DNA of 32,000 nt from Candidatus Saccharimonadota bacterium (lineage in GTDB: Bacteria; Pseudomonadota; Gammaproteobacteria; Burkholderiales; Burkholderiaceae), in contig NZ_AP023215.1 in assembly GCF_016593155.1 (NCBI RefSeq), positions 420,001 to 452,000 on the forward strand, in the 5' to 3' direction. A model generated the notes under the pieces. It had not been told where the DNA came from. It saw only the letters and a program-made list of their open reading frames with translations, and ran no database searches. Both the position numbers and the translations under genes were made by a program. Of the stretch, positions 30,601 through 32,000 are shown piece after piece. The stretch's first letter is position 1. Each line of letters begins with the position of its first letter.

Positions 30601-31026
30601 GGTATTATTTTTCATAATTTATTAGAACGACTTTGTTTGCAAAAAAAATGGCCAATAATTGTGCCAACAATAGATTTTATTTCGAGATGGTTAAAATGTT
30701 CATTATCATTAGCAAAAATAGGACAAGAATATGTAATAAAAGTATTATCGCAATCACACTTAAGACGTTTTTTTGATGCATCGAAATATTTAAAAGCATA
30801 TAATGAAATGGAAATTGTCATAAATAATATTACTTTTAGATTAGATCGTGTTGTGGAATTTAATGATGAAATTTGGATTATTGAGTATAAATTAAATTTA
30901 TTTAAAAGTGAGGAAAAAATTTATAGAATACAATTAAAAAAATATCGTAATTCTCTTAAAACTATATGGATGAAAAAAAAAATTCGTGTTGCATTTATTA
31001 CTTCTGATGGTAATTTATTAGAATAA
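27640..31026 (+). CDS. addA: AddA-like UvrD/Rep-family helicase-nuclease subunit
   Basis: 1128 aa with all SF1 motifs: EACAGSGKTWLL (I), LAITFTNKAA (Ia), LLDEFQDTSP (II), VGDPKQSIYRFRHAD (III), RTWRNS (IV), LTVHSAKGLEAPVVIIL (V) and LYYVALTRAKQLLIISG (VI). The C-terminal nuclease has RLDRVVEF..IWIIEYK. Confidence 0.88.
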   Translation: MNKKIQKLSEASYEINGISSEIQSFINISCNPKYSVIVEACAGSGKTWLLVNRILHILLNGAETSEILAITFTNKAAKEILKRLMNLLKELSLSSDEKISILLYERGISEKKILKFIPLARNLYQKLIIKNQNLSIYTFHGWFAYLMQITPLFFKSIRGYKLIEFTGKIMEDAYNQLITLVSKSKDESIIKKSLIILYDLVGTSNENIRKLLNIFIDKRVEWWILSRNNKNNAIEILRKLMGKDSKLDARFSLWKNSSKISDINVIVHLLKKGSLINKKRALIIEKILLSNPSANNFSILTNQFFDKNGKLRSNLKTKDLKNELVRYFKSDELLSVNKFDIKFKKIAEYLKELLKRSKESSILLINKALFKLGNIYLNIYQKIKFKKRVIDFSDLEWKIYCLFTDNNHVIYLQNRLNTLYKYILLDEFQDTSPLQWIIIKSWIEKYNIKKIKPSIFIVGDPKQSIYRFRHADPRIFTAACKLLKKRNAFVLRANRTWRNSIDLINVFNLSFKKNPIYTKQTTCCKNIGNVWRLPLVTNTFFFEKNINKNILKNNIYNNSPDNFYEEEDDFHKKEGKMIAQILLYLKKNFSINNTKSYNTKNNRNLIWSDVIILIRKRTHLLSYESALRYFGIPFISDKRNGLLESLEITDLIALLKFLNIPSDSLSLAHVLKSPISGSSDEDLIILAKRSEKTWWKRLQAICKDNIELFSLKRIYNLLKKWLAISLNLPVCNLLDIILYEGKIIKRYIQYTAEFKRNQVIGNIYKFLELSFKLNLNNYITLSKFIDILSNLDDKVENNSPSEEKVNAYVNAVRILTVHSAKGLEAPVVIILDANHSKQNSDKIGILCNWPQNKLKPEHFSVYSHEKGMARNILFKREKKFKEQEDWNLYYVALTRAKQLLIISGVRDKNKTNGLILNSWYERLKGATDLSINFLENIINNSSKLINLYNSNFKESNKIIFSLFESPCLELKNKSIINIAHDKINIDKGIIFHNLLERLCLQKKWPIIVPTIDFISRWLKCSLSLAKIGQEYVIKVLSQSHLRRFFDASKYLKAYNEMEIVINNITFRLDRVVEFNDEIWIIEYKLNLFKSEEKIYRIQLKKYRNSLKTIWMKKKIRVAFITSDGNLLE

Positions 31027-31246
31027 TTATATTGAATAAAGTTTCTTAAAAATTAATATAAATAAATTATAAAATTTTATATAAAATTTGTATTTATTTT
31101 TTAAAAGTTATAATATGCTTATAATTAAATCTCTATTCATTATTAGATAATGAAAATTATTTATATATATTTAAAGTCACTAATTTCATTATTTATTCTA
31201 AAATTTAAATTAAATATTATTTAACAAAATTTATTATTAAAATAGT

Positions 31247-31459
31247 ATGACTATAATTCGTGTTAAAGAAAATGAACCCTTTGAAATTGCTATACGAAGA
31301 TTTAAACGAACTATTGAAAAAACAGGTCTATTAACTGATTTACGTGCTCGTGAATTTTATGAAAAACCAACTACGAAAAGAAAGCGTAAATTAGCTGCAG
31401 CAATAAAACGTCATTATAAACGTATACGTAGTCAACAATTACCTAAAAAAATGTATTAA
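31247..31459 (+). CDS. rpsU: 30S ribosomal protein S21
   Basis: [44 protein letters not shown] is a canonical S21, upstream of dnaG. Confidence 0.95.
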   Translation: MTIIRVKENEPFEIAIRRFKRTIEKTGLLTDLRAREFYEKPTTKRKRKLAAAIKRHYKRIRSQQLPKKMY

Positions 31460-31528
31460 ATATATAATTTTTAAGAAATTAATTTTAAGAAATAATGATT
31501 TAACTTTAATGTTATTATTTTAAATACA

Positions 31529-32000
31529 GTGATCTCGCAATTATTTATAAATAATTTAATTAATCGCATAGATATTGTGCATATAATTAGCGATTATATT
31601 TCATTAAAAAAAAGCGGCTCTAATTTTGTTGGATTATGTCCGTTTCATGATGAAAAAACTCCTAGTTTTACTGTTTATCCAATTAAAAAATTTTATTATT
31701 GCTTCGGGTGTGGTATATATGGTGATGCAATTCAATTTTTAATTAATTATTTAGGATTTCATTTCGTAGAATCTGTTAATTATCTAAAAAAAAATATCGG
31801 TATTTACGAAAAAGATGAAAAAAATTATTATTTTAATAACAAAATATTATCTGAAAAATCATCTAAATATTCTCATATAGCTTTAACTAACATAGACTTA
31901 TCTTTATTAAAAAAAATAATGATATGTGCTTCTAATTTTTATAAAATACAGTTAAAAAATTCAAAAGAAGCTGTAAATTTTTTAAAAAACCGTGGATTAA
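31529..32000 (+). CDS. dnaG: DNA primase (5' part; runs off window end)
   Basis: Absent from the ORF track (edge-open, GTG start). From GTG 31529: VISQLFINNLINRIDIVHIISDYISLKKSGSNFVGLCPFHDEKTPSFTVYPIKKFYYCFGCGIYGDAIQFL. This is the CHC2 zinc finger and aligns from residue 1 with M.IP.SFI..L..R.DIV. An in-frame TGA lies at 31496. Confidence 0.88.
   Translation, partial: MISQLFINNLINRIDIVHIISDYISLKKSGSNFVGLCPFHDEKTPSFTVYPIKKFYYCFGCGIYGDAIQFLINYLGFHFVESVNYLKKNIGIYEKDEKNYYFNNKILSEKSSKYSHIALTNIDLSLLKKIMICASNFYKIQLKNSKEAVNFLKNRGL

Noticed and set aside
26566-30821. Minus-strand ORFs inside addB/addA (26566-26805, 28164-28376, 28545-28763, 30306-30572, 30612-30821).
   Set aside because: They lie entirely antisense to long, motif-rich CDSs. 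Their composition is low-complexity and I/L/N/K/F-rich, as expected by chance in AT-rich DNA. They have no recognisable motifs.

Overview
This is a very AT-rich, gene-dense bacterial chromosome segment that looks like a reduced obligate-endosymbiont genome of betaproteobacterial (Burkholderiales/Alcaligenaceae-like) ancestry. That ancestry is inferred from synteny only: a recA remnant upstream of sucCD, rpsP-rimM-trmD-rplS, rpsO-pnp, rpsU-dnaG, cysB beside a cysI-DUF934-cysHDN-cobA block, and a two-gene AddAB-type operon. The genetic code is standard, since TGA terminates xthA and Trp is TGG.

Positions 6.5-32 kb carry about 24 intact housekeeping genes: xthA, rpsO, pnp, class I fumarase, fdxA, fpr, rplS, trmD, rimM, rpsP, a TerC-family protein, sucDC, rpoH, a PLD/Nuc-like nuclease, rpmE2, rho, trxA, addB-like, addA-like, rpsU and the 5' part of dnaG. 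There are three tRNAs (His-GUG, Phe-GAA, Lys-CUU). An edge-truncated cysB at 1-500 is absent from the ORF track.

I found no mobile element, phage, CRISPR, toxin or defence system, and I do not think a novel accessory system is present. The unusual content is genome decay that is still legible:
- About 6 kb (0.8-6.5 kb) holds only collinear pseudogenes of a complete sulfate-assimilation/siroheme operon plus pepA, next to an apparently intact cysB.
- A shrunken recA pseudogene sits upstream of sucC, while the AddAB-type helicase-nuclease genes keep every catalytic motif.
- A 319-bp nested array of perfect tandem repeats lies in the trxA/addB divergent promoter region.
- The 5' end of rho is eroded.

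All homology calls come from reading translations by eye. Pseudogene coordinates are approximate (about +/-30 bp) and need blastx/HMM confirmation.
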